DNA of 52,403 nucleotides, taken from Octopus bimaculoides (taxonomy: Eukaryota). This document shows positions 23,309-36,394 of this stretch, piece by piece. The DNA lies in NCBI RefSeq assembly GCF_001194135.2, contig NC_068990.1:11280228-11332630 (forward strand). Reading direction: 5' to 3'. Under the pieces are notes generated by a model. It had not been told where the DNA came from. It saw only the letters and a program-made list of their open reading frames with translations, and did no database searches. How positions within the stretch are numbered: the stretch's first letter is position 1; each line of letters begins with the position of its first letter. The position numbers and the translations under genes were made by a program.

Positions 23309-23489
23309 TGTTATTATTATTATTCAGGTCACTGCCAGGAATCAAACTCGGAATATTGGGGTTAGTAGCTTGCTCTCTTAACCACTGCGCCATATACTCA
23401 TGGGCATATGGTGCAGTGGTTAAGAGTGCGGGCTACTAACCCCAAGATTCTGAGATAGATTGCAAGTAGTGACCTGAACAATAACAATA

Positions 23490-23547
<58 letters not shown>

Positions 23548-24227
23548 GGTATAAAAAGATGGGCTACAGCAAATATTCTGCTTAATACCACAGATTTGCT
23601 TGTCAGTTGTTTGACCTTAACCAGTTGAGCATGTCCCTTGATGGCTGATGATATGTGCATCTCTGATCATGAGCAGAAGTAGTGGGGGAGAATCATAGAT
23701 GTGTGTTGAGAAGAATTCTTTGGGGTTTGAATAATTCACCTTTGGAAACATGGGTGTTTTGTTCATTATCCTTAAAACAGCCCTTATTCAGGGACCTTTT
23801 GAGCGGTATGGGCTACTCGACCTGAAGAAAATTCTAACTGGGCCCCACCTGCGAGGTCATGCACTGTTTATCTTGATATGAGATCGCCATGTCGCACATA
23901 TATGGTTGTGATGCATGTGCCTGGTGTACCCTTATCAGACGGGTAGTCATGATGGGTATAATGGGCTTTGTATATTTTACCCCAGTGTCACTTTGATGGC
24001 ATGCACTGCTCTCTCACATAATAATAATAATAATAATAACATTGAAAAATACCTTAGGAAGGAGAACCCAGGTTCGAAATTTCCCCATTACACCTGAAGA
24101 AGACTGGAGGGTATATCAACTGAAACATTGTGTTAACAAGAAACAAGTTGAGGACAAATATCCGTCAAATGTAAATAATGTACATAATGCACATAATTCT
24201 TCATCTCTTAAATATAGAACTGTAGTA
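23211..24227 (+). mobile_element. Composite copy of the hammerhead retroposon with ~470-bp cargo and a 5' inverted duplication
   Basis: Left arm 23211-23400 mirrors 23401-23601. tRNA head 23402-23478, cargo 23548-24016, (AAT)n, then module 24041-24227 with a decayed hammerhead (CTGAAGA at 24094-24100, stem II broken). Confidence 0.82.
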
Positions 24228-24549
24228 CCTATTTTGTCAATCCCAAAAGGATGAAAGGTAAAGTCGTCGACTGACATGTAATACATTTATAGAAATCTGT
24301 CAATCTAAGTTTCTAATAGAGCCAAAGATACCCAACAAGACTGAAAACTTATGAGATATGGTCAATGCATGCCACCTGTCTGGCACAACAAAGCTATGAT
24401 TTTTAGCATAAAGAATAGAACTCTCACTATAGCTTGTGCGTCGAGCATTCTGGACTAAAAAGGTTACAGATCTGGACCAAAAAACAAATTGTTTTATTTA
24501 GTAACAGAAGTCGTATGAGACAAACGTGTTTCACAATAAGTATTCAATT

Positions 24550-24912
24550 ATTACCTCAGCCTTAGTGAAGACAGATTATTGTTTTCAGTCGTGTTTGTTT
24601 GTTTGTTTTTCCGTGAACAAAATATCTCAAGAACCACTGGATGGATTGAGATGAAACTTTCAGAGATGTTTGGTCTCATGACTGGCACAAACTGATTAGA
24701 TTTTGGATTTGGTCTGGTTCCGAACAAGGATTCTGGATTATTTTTCCGATTTTTAAAATTAATTTATGGGCGCGGTCGGGTGCATTTTTAGTATTTTCGT
24801 TTGGGAGAGCAGTCAAGTTTATTTCAGATATTCTCATTTTATAAATCATCTCAGGCTAATCGTTGAGAGGACGTTGGTGAAGGTTAGCACTCTCTGAATG
24901 CTCTTATCTTGA
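24550..24912 (+). mobile_element. DINE-1/HINE-like non-autonomous Helentron-associated element
   Basis: Begins attacctcagcc..., has an internal (GTTT)n tract, and ends ggtgaaggttagcactctctgaatgctctt. The acctcagcc/ggtgaaggt subterminal inverted pair is typical of this class. Confidence 0.65.
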
Positions 24913-25607
24913 ACTGATTTCAAGCATAGTTTGTTAGAAACATAGAATGTTGGTTTCCTCTAGCTGTACACAATATATTAATCAACTCAATATTCATTAT
25001 ATTGATTACTTTTCAATTTGACATTTCAAATTCTCTTGTATATCTGTAACTGTGTGTATGTAAATTTGTACATATTTGAATATATATTTATAAAGTTATA
25101 TTTATATAAATATATCCATATAACATTATAAATATTTATATGAATGTTAAATAATCTTATTAATTTCAAGCGAGTTTAAGAATAACAATGAAATATTTAC
25201 AAGTGAAAGAACTCAATACTGAAATGAGAGTCAAACTTTTGTAAAAAGCATGTTAAACAAGAGATAGCCAAATTAGTCGTATAAGTCAAACTAGAATCAC
25301 TTAACTAAACATAAGAGCAGTTGCTTCTTTGTGGGCTAGTGATGCAAACTCACTTGCGTCTTATGGCTTGATGATACCATTGATAGCCAAGTGATTTATT
25401 TTCACACACACACAGTCTAAAAGGAGAGGTTTCCTCTTGAGACAGTTTCTGCAGTGATGATCATTCCAGGTTCAAATACACATGAATATGTTAAACATAA
25501 CTGTACATAGAAATATTTCAATCAATACTGCTTTGTTTATCTCTAGTTAATTAATTTCAACTCGTCCAAGCTTTGTGCACATGTTTCAAAGGTTCTATTT
25601 TCTTTTG

Positions 25608-25925
25608 GCACAGTGGTTAAAGCATCGGACTCATAATCATTAGGTAGTGAGATCAATTCCGAGACCAGGCTGTGTATTATGTTCTTCAGCAAGACACTTT
25701 ATTTCATGTTGCTCCAGTTCACCCAGCTGTAGAAATGGATTGTGATGTCACTAGTGCCAAGCTGTATCAGCCTTCACATTTCCCTTGAATAAAATTAGTG
25801 GCATGGAGAGGGGAGGCTGGTATGCACTGGTGGCTGCCAGTCTTTCATAAACAACCTTGTCTGGACTTGTATCTTGGAGAGGAACTTTGTTAGTTCAATC
25901 ACATGACCATTCATAACCAAAGGAG
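25608..25925 (+). mobile_element. tRNA-derived SINE (further family, CORE-like segment)
   Basis: ggcacagtggttaaagcatcggactcataatc...gagatcaattcc head, followed by ttcagcaagacacttt. Confidence 0.6.
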
Positions 25926-26709
25926 TTCTTTAGTAATGTTTGTTATTATATATGTAAGTTTAGGTAGAAAGACAGACGAACAGTCTGACAGATGGATTGT
26001 GTATTTATTTTAGCTGAAATTTCAAGTTTCACTTAAAATAAGACAGTATATGAAGCTTGAAGTTCCTATTAGCTAGAATATTAATAAATATATATATATG
26101 TATGCGGACATGTAGAGGTTAGTGGATATGTGAGTATGGATGGGTGGATGTGGAGTGGTGGTGTGAGTGAGTAAGTGTGTATTTGTGTGTGTGTGTTTGT
26201 ACACATATATATAAATTTACATATATCTATAAATATACACATACATACATACATACAGATAAATAGATAGATAGATAGTCAGACAGGCAGACAGGCAAGT
26301 AGATAGACAGACAAATAAGCAGACAGCTCACAGAAATTGTTGTGAATAACTTCATCAATTTTTACTTATTCAAGAAGTATTCATGTAGAAAAATTTTTTT
26401 TTTCCAGTATTTAATAATAAAATCTTCATTAAATAGACAGGGAACCTCAGGTAGTGAGCTATAGTTGTTAATATTTCAATTAAGGGCTGGCCTTGTGCCA
26501 AAATTTGAAACCGATATTTCAATTAAAGGAATTCTCATTTCATAGGCAGCAGAAATTTGATAAAAGAAGTCCAAAGGTCAGAAAATAAATTGACAGACTG
26601 TTGCGGAAGTTGGGTAGGTGAAGAGATATGGCAAAGCAACGAAGGAAAATAAAATCTATAAAATAGGTATACAAATGATATTCAAATAAATAAGGTATGC
26701 TTAAAAGAC

Positions 26710-26969
26710 ATATGTGTGTGTGTGTGTGTGTGTGTACACACACATATATTTACATATATATATTTATATTTACACACACACATATATATATATCCACATA
26801 CATAAATACATACACATAAATACATGTACATATATATTTATATAGATACATCTATATATATCTGTATATACATATATACTTACCTATATATACATATGTA
26901 TGTATAAATACATATATATGTGTGTGTGTGTGAACATGTATATTTATACATATCTATATATACACATAT

Positions 26970-27034
<65 letters not shown>

Positions 27035-27070
27035 GCATACTTACATATGTATATACATATATATATATAA
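26710..27070. repeat. Mixed (TG)/(CA)/(TA)n microsatellite field
   Basis: Directly visible. Confidence 0.95.
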
Positions 27071-27484
27071 GATATGAATAAATGAAAAATACAACTAGTG
27101 CTAAATGAATAAAGGTCAGCAATTGTTCATGTGTAAAAAATGGACTGGTAGGGTATTAAAACTATCAATTTATCTATGTTAAATTGAAAGCTAAGAAGAA
27201 TATAAAATTCATACATTTAAAAGGAATTGTTGCCTAAATTTAGAACATATGTACTTTTCTAAACAGACACCACACACACACACACACACAAACGTATATT
27301 TATTTGTATATTTCTTAGTGAGAGCGAGAGTGTAACTTTCTGGTTCAGCGGTTTTATAAACTATTTTAAAGAATTAGACTTCAAAAGCACTGTTGAATAC
27401 CATCAAAAGATAAAGTTTCCCAAACAACACATTAGGTACAGGCCAGGCTGTAGGATACAAAGCTTGAATCCTTTTACATTGTTT

Positions 27485-27845
27485 TAGGTTCAGTCCCACT
27501 GTGTGGCATTTTGCCTATAGTATATAGTCTAAGGCTGACCAAAGCTTTGTGAGTGAATTTGGTAGATGGAAACTGAAAGAAGCCCATCATATATTTATAT
27601 ACATAAATATATGTGTGTGTTTGTGTGTGTGTGTGTGTGTGTTTGTGTCTGTGTCTGTCTCCTCATCACCACTTGACAACCAGTGTCGGTGTATTTGCAT
27701 CCCCATAACCTACTGGTTCAGCAAACGAGATCAATAGAATAAGTACCAGGGACAATTTATTTGACTAAAACTTCAAGACAGTGCCCAAACATGGCCACAG
27801 TCTAATGACTAAAACAAGTAGAAGATAAAAGAAGATAAAAGATGA
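27485..27845 (+). mobile_element. SINE family 1 copy (5'-truncated)
   Basis: Starts at the B box ggttcagtcccact and runs to tail gtagaagataaaagaag. Confidence 0.85.
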
Positions 27846-27864
27846 ACCTAGAAAATTCATGACT

Positions 27865-28050
27865 CTACCTGTAAAGAAAACCAATGGGAAAATGTTGTTA
27901 ATAATAGATCTAACCACCCAAAGAGAATTATTAATAACCTCATCTGTAACACATTATTGCAGATCTGTCAGGTAATTTTCTATGAAACTATCTTCAAGAA
28001 ATCTGCATGTGATTATAGTGAATTAAAAGAAGCGTGCGATTAAAAGAAGC
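27865..28050 (+). pseudogene. Second PLE RT-thumb remnant
   Basis: PVKKTNGK / VNNRSNHPKRIINNL / ETIFKKSACDYSELKEA resembles the PLE consensus PYRKPN..YINxxSNHPPxIIK.L...EEIFxKxxPxYxxAL. Confidence 0.6.
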
Positions 28051-28353
28051 AATTATACAGAATAAATCAGATACAAGGACACAGTAAAACCCCAAAAATT
28101 TAACATAAATATAGGGGAAGTACAGAATAAATCAGGTACAACAAGAATGCAAAAAACAAACCCCAAAATTTAATACAGATACAGGGCAAGTAACATAATT
28201 TGGTATAATCTAACATGTAGCCTAAAAGTAAAAATATGTATAGTTGAAACATTCTTTCAAATTTTTCAAAAGTATTTTCAACATAATCTCCAAAATAAAA
28301 AAATGTTGAATATAACCAACATAAAAATCTTGAAAATTTCTTGAAGACATTTG

Positions 28354-28530
28354 GGGAGGGGATCAGTCGATTACATCGACCCCAGCACGCAACTGGTACT
28401 TAATTTATCGAACTTGAAAGGATGAAAGGCAAAGTAAACCTCGGCAGAATTTGAACTCAGAACGTAAAGACAGACAAAATACTGCTAAGCATTTCGCCTG
28501 GCATGCTAACGTTTATTCCCACTCACTGCC
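28354..28530 (-). mobile_element. SINE family 2 copy
   Basis: Reverse complement matches 13626-13800. Confidence 0.85.
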
Positions 28531-29271
28531 TTTAAATAATTTAAATAATTTTATTTAAATTACTAAAATACAACCTTGTGTATTTTAGTTTTTATTTCTT
28601 TCTCTTTCTCTATTTTTATACAAATTTTACCATCGTTCACATTAAATAAAAGTTTATAAAGCACTTAACTGAACAAGTTTACATGTATGTTATTAAAATG
28701 AAAGTTCCTTCAGAGATTACTTGCTTTAATATTTTTTATGATATTGCAATTGAGTCTTAATATAATTTTATACTATTCACCTTCCTTTACTAACAGGTTT
28801 ATACCTGAAATCAGGCGTTAGTGCATTATAATATGTTTAATAAAATTTCTTGAAATTTAACCTGAACTTAATCTAATTTCTCTACAATACTTAAGTGGGT
28901 TCCATAAGTTCAATATAAAAAAAAAGATGACTTAAAACACACTTGATATACACACACATACAAAGACATAAATATGCAAAGGAACACACGAAAGAATGTA
29001 TACTGGTGATTAAATTTTGTTAAACATGCTGTACATAATAGATTGTGACATATTTTTTGTGAATATATAGCTTAAACATAACTTTTTTTCTTCTTAGAAA
29101 GATATATACTAAAATTATGTTTGTTAAGGCTTCTAACATAATATATATATATGTATATGACATACATTCAACTAAATTGACTCACACAAACATAGAATAT
29201 AAGCAAATACACAGTCACACTCTTAAAAATACACAAATATATCTGTGTGTGTTTGTGTATATATATATGTG

Positions 29272-29306
<35 letters not shown>

Positions 29307-30258
29307 NNNNNNNNNNNNNNNNNNNNNNNNNNNNNNNNNNNNNNNNNNNNNNNNNNNNNNNNNNNNNNNNNNNNNNNNNNNNNNNNNNNNNNNNNNNNNN
29401 NNNNNNNNNNNNNNNNNNNNNNNNNNNNNNNNNNNNNNNNNNNNNNNNNNNNNNNNNNNNNNNNNNNNNNNNNNNNNNNNNNNNNNNNNNNNNNNNNNNN
29501 NNNNNNNNNNNNNNNNNNNNNNNNNNNNNNNNNNNNNNNNNNNNNNNNNNNNNNNNNNNNNNNNNNNNNNNNNNNNNNNNNNNNNNNNNNNNNNNNNNNN
29601 NNNNNNNNNNNNNNNNNNNNNNNNNNNNNNNNNNNNNNNNNNNNNNNNNNNNNNNNNNNNNNNNNNNNNNNNNNNNNNNNNNNNNNNNNNNNNNNNNNNN
29701 NNNNNNNNNNNNNNNNNNNNNNNNNNNNNNNNNNNNNNNNNNNNNNNNNNNNNNNNNNNNNNNNNNNNNNNNNNNNNNNNNNNNNNNNNNNNNNNNNNNN
29801 NNNNNNNNNNNNNNNNNNNNNNNNNNNNNNNNNNNNNNNNNNNNNNNNNNNNNNNNNNNNNNNNNNNNNNNNNNNNNNNNNNNNNNNNNNNNNNNNNNNN
29901 NNNNNNNNNNNNNNNNNNNNNNNNNNNNNNNNNNNNNNNNNNNNNNNNNNNNNNNNNNNNNNNNNNNNNNNNNNNNNNNNNNNNNNNNNNNNNNNNNNNN
30001 NNNNNNNNNNNNNNNNNNNNNNNNNNNNNNNNNNNNNNNNNNNNNNNNNNNNNNNNNNNNNNNNNNNNNNNNNNNNNNNNNNNNNNNNNNNNNNNNNNNN
30101 NNNNNNNNNNNNNNNNNNNNNNNNNNNNNNNNNNNNNNNNNNNNNNNNNNNNNNNNNNNNNNNNNNNNNNNNNNNNNNNNNNNNNNNNNNNNNNNNNNNN
30201 NNNNNNNNNNNNNNNNNNNNNNNNNNNNNNNNNNNNNNNNNNNNNNNNNNNNNNNNNN

Positions 30259-30301
<43 letters not shown>

Positions 30302-30349
30302 ATATATATATATATCTTTTATCTTGTAACTTCTACTTAGATTTTTACT

Positions 30350-30712
30350 TAGACAGCAGCCATACTGGAGGACTGCCTTGGAGAACTTTTTTTTAGTTGA
30401 ATGAATTAACCACAGTACATATTTATTTTTAAAACTTGATACTTATTCTATTGGTCTCATTTGCTGAATTGCTAGGTCATGTGACCATAAACACGCCAAC
30501 AACGATCATCCAGCAATGATGGGGAAGAAACACAGACACAAACACACAGACACAGTGATATATATACATATATACCACAGGCTTCATTCAGTTTCCATCT
30601 ACCAAATCAATTCACTAGGCTTTGGTCAGCTATAATAAAAGACACTTGCTCAAAGTGCTATGCAGTGGGACTGAACCCAGAACTATGTGGTTGGGAAACA
30701 AGCTACTTACCA
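30350..30712 (-). mobile_element. SINE family 1 copy (left member of a head-to-head pair)
   Basis: Reverse complement matches the family; ends at ctacttaccaca. Confidence 0.82.
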
Positions 30713-31070
30713 CATGATTCCTGGTTCATTCCCACTGCATGGTACCTTGGGCAAGTTTCTTCTACTATAGCTTTGGGCTGACCAAAGCCTTTTTAGTGGA
30801 TTTGTAAGATGGAGACTGAAAGAAGCCCGTCATATGTGTGTGTGTGTGTGTGTGTGTGCTTGTGTGTCTGTGTTTGTCCTTCCACCATCACTTGATAACT
30901 GATGCTGGTGTGTTTACATCCCCGTAACTCAGCAGTTCAGCAAAAGCAACCGATAGAATAAATACTAGGCTTACAAAGAATAAGTCTTGAGGTCAATACA
31001 TTCGACTAAAGGTGGTGCTCTAGCATGGCCACAGTCAAATGACTGGAACAAATAAAAGAGTAAAAAGAGT
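30707..31070 (+). mobile_element. SINE family 1 copy (right member of a head-to-head pair)
   Basis: Starts accacatgattcctggttca and runs to tail aaaagagtaaaaagag. Confidence 0.85.
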
Positions 31071-31934
31071 ATTGATTTTGTTTTCATTGTCTTCCATACT
31101 TTCTATGGATGTTTTTAAATATTTACTTATATCTTCAAATTTCTAATCTTTTTAAATTTAATATTGCTCATATTTTATTGTTGATATCAATCCCTATATT
31201 TCATAAATATTATCACAAAATACTTTTATTTAGTTTTAGTTTCTTCATATTATTATTATTGTTATATTTTTCTCTGTTTATTATCTTTTATTCTTGTAGA
31301 TTTTTGATAATAAATATGTCTTTTCTTTTATGGTTCTAATAATATCTGCTAGTTACATTTTAATTATATTACTAAAATTCCCTTCTATATGTTAGAAAAT
31401 ATTCTTATTAATTTATATCAATTTCATTATTATTATCTTCCATATTTTTTTAACAATTTTGACTTAGTGTTCCTATAACATTATGTCGAGTTGAGAATTT
31501 AGTATTTAACGAAAATTTTGTTTCACCTGACAATATAGCTTAAATTCTGCATTATTTTGAAGGATTTTTTGCATTTTGCTTTAATGCAGATATGTAAATA
31601 ATTTATTCATTATCAAATATAAGAATATAAATTATTTACATGTTTTTAAATTACAAAACAATTTGTGATATTAGAATTTTCTCATTGTTAAATAAAATGT
31701 CATCAAACTATTTCTCTATCATTTATGATTTTATATATAATATATATAATTATTTAAAACTTGGCTATACAATCTGGTAGTATACTGTTAAAGTGCTTTT
31801 ACAGTCTATGGCTACCTGATGTCATCAACAGTATGGATATAAACCCATTGGATCTACCTCGGAAATTCCTCAGATAACAAATTAGAGAAAGAGAAAATGG
31901 AATTCACGAGATTTTTTATAAATCACAACAATCA

Positions 31935-32258
31935 TCTCAACCCTTCTTGTGTCGGTCCCTCATTGATGGGATACTGTACAACTAGTTATGGTGCATCCTT
32001 CAGTGAGTATGTATCTCATCATGTGACTTATCAAAAACGTTCCTTGCTCAATAAACTTGGTTTTGCTTGGTTCAGTTATAATGCATGTCATTATTTGCCT
32101 GCAACTGGTTGCACACAGATTTTGTGACTTGGATTGACATGGAATGGATACAGGTACTTCATCAGTCACCTGAAGAGACACATTTGCACTGAAGGATGCA
32201 CCACAGCTAGTTGTACAGCATCTCACCCACAAGGGACCAATGAAAGATGGATTGAAAC
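31935..32258. repeat. Long imperfect inverted repeat (~95-bp arms, ~130-bp spacer); possible old MITE
   Basis: ggtccctcattgatgggatactgtacaactagttatggtgcatccttcagtg...gtgact versus the reverse complement of about 32163-32238 (ggtcccttgtgggtgagatgctgtacaactagctgtggtgcatccttcagtg...gtgact). Confidence 0.8.
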
Positions 32259-32629
32259 AATCACCTGAGTCTAGGTTTCTAGTTACTGCAGAGAGTCGGT
32301 ATGTGATTCAAGATTCTGGGAAGGTACACAGTTTCCTCGTTGGGCTTCATATAAGGGTAGTACTTGCTTGTTTTTGGACAAACATGCACAAACTCATGCA
32401 TTTATACACAAATACAAAAATGTACATACTTATGCACACACACCTATACACACACTTTAAACACTTTCATTCAAGCATGCATATACAGTAGGCACTAATG
32501 CATTTGCACACACACACATACAACCGTGTATGCACACACACAGGCATATATATCTGTTAAAATGAGATGTCAGTGTTATTTTCATTTTTGTGCAAATTAG
32601 ACAACAGTTTATTCACTGCACCCTGTGTG

Positions 32630-32645
32630 TATGTATGTATGTATG

Positions 32646-32725
<80 letters not shown>

Positions 32726-32754
32726 AATAGATAGATAGATAGATATATAGATAA

Positions 32755-32790
<36 letters not shown>

Positions 32791-32862
32791 GTAGATAGAT
32801 AGGTAAATAGATAGATGGGTAAATAGATAAATAGATAGACAGACAGATAGATAGATAGATAT
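32630..32862. repeat. (TATG)n-(TA)n-(GATA/GACA)n compound microsatellite
   Basis: Directly visible. Confidence 0.97.
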
Positions 32863-33444
32863 CAGGAATCTTTTACTGTCACAAACATCCTGAGAATCAA
32901 ACTTGAGTGGCTGGGTTTGACAATCAGGATTTTTGTCAGGGATCAGTGATGTCAGCATTCATTTAGCCATTCTGTTCCCTTTCAAGAATCACTGCACCAG
33001 CACAATTTCAATTTGCCAAAGTATTGATCAAATCATCAACGAAAATGATGATCTGGACATCCTTCAAAACAGGGTGTGATCAGCAAGCTGTTCTTTACAA
33101 GGCCTTTTTACCTGGACAGATATAAACTATAAATAGAATTCTTTTACCACTAACAGGCAGTGGATTCTGCCTGTCATGCAAATGGATACAACTACTCACT
33201 TTCTTGCCTCTTTATTGCTGTGAATACTTGTTCAGTCATTTATTGTAGTGACATTTGATATTTTCTTAACATGATAAATAAATAATTTTTTGTTTCATTT
33301 GAAGTCCCAACAGAAACTGTCTTCATTTGATCAACACTAACTTGATACCAAATGTTAACACTGTTCATGCATCCAGAGAAACAATTTATCATTAACATGT
33401 ATCTACCTATATGTGTGTGTGTTCTTAACGCCAACCACTCCAAG

Positions 33445-33835
33445 AATGTAGCGGGTGCTTTTATGTGCTACAGGCATGAGGGCCAGTCTGGCAGTTCAGG
33501 CAACGGCCACTCTCAAATGGTGTTTTTTACATGCCACCTGCACAGGAGCCAGTTCAGCGGCACTGGCAACGAACCCACTCAAATGTTTTTTCACATGCCA
33601 GTAAGGTGATGCTGGTAACGATCACATTCGAATGGTGCTTTTCACGTGCCACCAGCATGGGAGCCAGACATCTGCTCTGGCAGTGATCACACTCAGATGG
33701 TGCTGTTAGTGCTCCACTGGCACGGGTGCCAGTCATCGAATTTGCGAATTTGATTTGATTTCAATTTCACTTGCCTCAACAGGTCTTTGCAAGCAGAGTT
33801 TAGCTTCCAATGAAGGAAAGGTACGCATAAGTGGA
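33445..33835 (-). mobile_element. SINE-like family 3 with about four internal tandem subrepeats
   Basis: Repeated units gtgcttt..acgtgccacc.gcacgggagccag...ctggcaacga.cac.ctc.gatg. The upstream part matches 36040-36150 and 17520-17585. Confidence 0.75.
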
Positions 33836-35223
33836 TACACATACATATTTATATATGTAAGTCACAGGAGTCAATCGTTAAGTTTTTCTCCACCAAATCC
33901 ACTCGCAAGATTTTGGGCTGATCTAGGCCTAAATTAAAAGACACATACATTAAGCTCCATGCAGCAGGATTGATTCTGAAACTGCTTGGCTGAGATGCAA
34001 ACTCTCTAATCATAAATCATACTTAATCCAATATGTTTTGTATGCGTATTTCTGTATGTGTTTGTGCTTATAAACAAACGCTTATACATATATAATTAAA
34101 AAACCATGCACACAGCTTACAACTACCCCTTAAATGAGTGTTTGCATGTTTGTGTGTCTGTGTGTCTGTTACTGAGTGTGTATGTATGTGTGTGTGTTTG
34201 TACAAAATTTAATGTGAAAATATTTGTGATATATTGTTTCACTTTAGAAGAATCATATTTGCCATTTATTGAACAACACAACACAGTGCTATTCACTTTT
34301 GTATTGGTTTTTAATTTCATAGTAGATACTATCATCTTTCATCATCGATATAAAAATCTGATCGTGGTCTCTCTTTGCATCTTTCTGTTTCACTTTAACT
34401 GTTTTGTGAAAAGAGACAACTGCCAAGAATCAAACTACATACCTATTAGTAATTATTAATCAAAATATATATACACACACACACACATACACTCACACAA
34501 CACACACATGTAATTATTTAAAGACTTTGTTTATATGTAACTTTCAATGTGTTTACTCTATTGCTTGAATATAAATACATTAGACTAAGATATTTTATTT
34601 ATTAGCTATTGATACGTTTTTGTTTGGCATATATTGATTTAATAAAAAATATATCATTTCTTTGAAATATTAAATAATAATGTTACTACAGATATGATTG
34701 TGAAATATAAAGCTGAATTTAGAGTGGATTTTAGAAAATTGGTTATTATATATGAGCTCAATTTATTTGATTTTTTAGTATTTTTGCTCGGAAAATATTG
34801 CACTCCCAAATACAATGAAACTAAAACATAGTGCAATGTGTTTTTTTTAAAACTTTTCACAATTTTTAATATATGTTCGTTCTTTATGACTGTTTATATC
34901 AGTTTTGAATATGACATCGCATTCTTTAAAGTAGCTGGTGTAAGGAAAGCCATCCTGCTGTAGAAACTGTACTGAAATTAAATGAACAAATGAAACACAA
35001 TCCTATGACTTGTTTAGGAGGTTATCAACTTCAAATAAGAACTGTCTGTGATGGAGATGACAACTCTAAACCATGCCAGTGTATAAAATCAGTGTAATTA
35101 TCTATGATTGTGATGATGATAAATGACAATGAAAGACGATGAAAGACTTATACGTGTCTGGGTGTATCTACATCCAACTCTCATTTTATATCTCAGTCTA
35201 TCTATTACCAATCTGTCACTCAA

Positions 35224-35259
<36 letters not shown>

Positions 35260-35499
35260 GTGTGTGTGTGTGTGTGTGTATAAAGTCCTGAGAGCGTAAA
35301 AAGATAGAGTATTTCCAATGCAGCATTCAACCCAGGATGTTGGATTCTGTTGGATTCCAGACTAATATCAAAATTCTTCAGGTGTGGATACTAACACACG
35401 AACATAGCGGGGAACCTACAAACATTTCAAAGACCAGTCATGTGACAATCTCTTACCTATGAAATCCTGTTCAAAACATATATTAATTTGAGACATGAA

Positions 35500-35741
35500 C
35501 TCCTTGTAAAAACAGGGCAAACTTCAAACATTAGTTAGAAGCAAGACAGCTGTGACATAAGCGACGTCTTTCTATTTGAACTTTTTGAAAATCAGTGTAA
35601 AATGTGAAACCGGTTAAAGCTTCAAATATAAAAAAAATATAACTATTCTAAGTGCATTTTCAACTTCTATTTTTCCTATATATTATATATCTGTGTTTTT
35701 ATAAACATGAATCTGTCCTCAAATATCTTACACACCCTGTA
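35500..35741 (+). mobile_element. Tc1/mariner 3' terminal remnant
   Basis: Ends tcttacacaccctgTA (reverse complement TACAGGGTGTGTAAGA, a mariner/Tc1-type terminus) beside a (TG)/(CA)/(TA)n tract. Confidence 0.5.
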
Positions 35742-35756
35742 TGTATGTGTGTGTAT

Positions 35757-35843
<87 letters not shown>

Positions 35844-36394
35844 CATATATAAAGGTGTCCACAATGCAAATTTTCATGATTTTTGCATTGCTTTTAACTG
35901 GTAAAACCTTCATGTAATAGTAGCTTTAGAAGCTGTAGAACACAAGTATGGCTAAACAATAATCTTTGCTTTGCAGTGCATAGCAACCATTATTGAGCAT
36001 AAGCACTGTTTGAACAATTACCGTGATATGCGTATGTGTGTGCTAGTATCGAATTTAATTCGATTTCGATTTCAATTTCACTTGCCTCAACAGGTCTTTG
36101 CAAATGGAGTTTAGTGTCCAATGAAGGAAGGTACGCATAAGTGGACTGGCTGAGGCCTTCAATTTCTAAAATCCCGTAAGATGTTGACTAAAGATTTCTA
36201 TGTAATCAGCAATAAGATGACTGCAGTTGTATTTTTACAAGAAACCAGCACTAAATTCACATCATCTCTAAAGACAAAGCAACATACCACTTTGCCATGT
36301 GATCTACAATTTAAAGGGAAATTATTTTAGGTTACTTTTTGATTTACTTTGTGTTAGTGCTACTTTCTGTGCGGTCCACTTGAGCAAATTTACT

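Noticed and set aside
23402-23478. tRNA-like heads as functional tRNA genes
   Set aside because: Anticodon and acceptor stems pair poorly, there is no proper oligo-T terminator context, and they continue into repeat bodies.
23760-23900. HDV-like ribozyme in the cargo repeat (GACCTT/AAGGTC as P1)
   Set aside because: The required GG for P1.1 after P1 and a convincing P2/P4 are missing.
29117-30396. 360-407 aa ORFs
   Set aside because: Almost entirely X from an N gap of about 950 nt.
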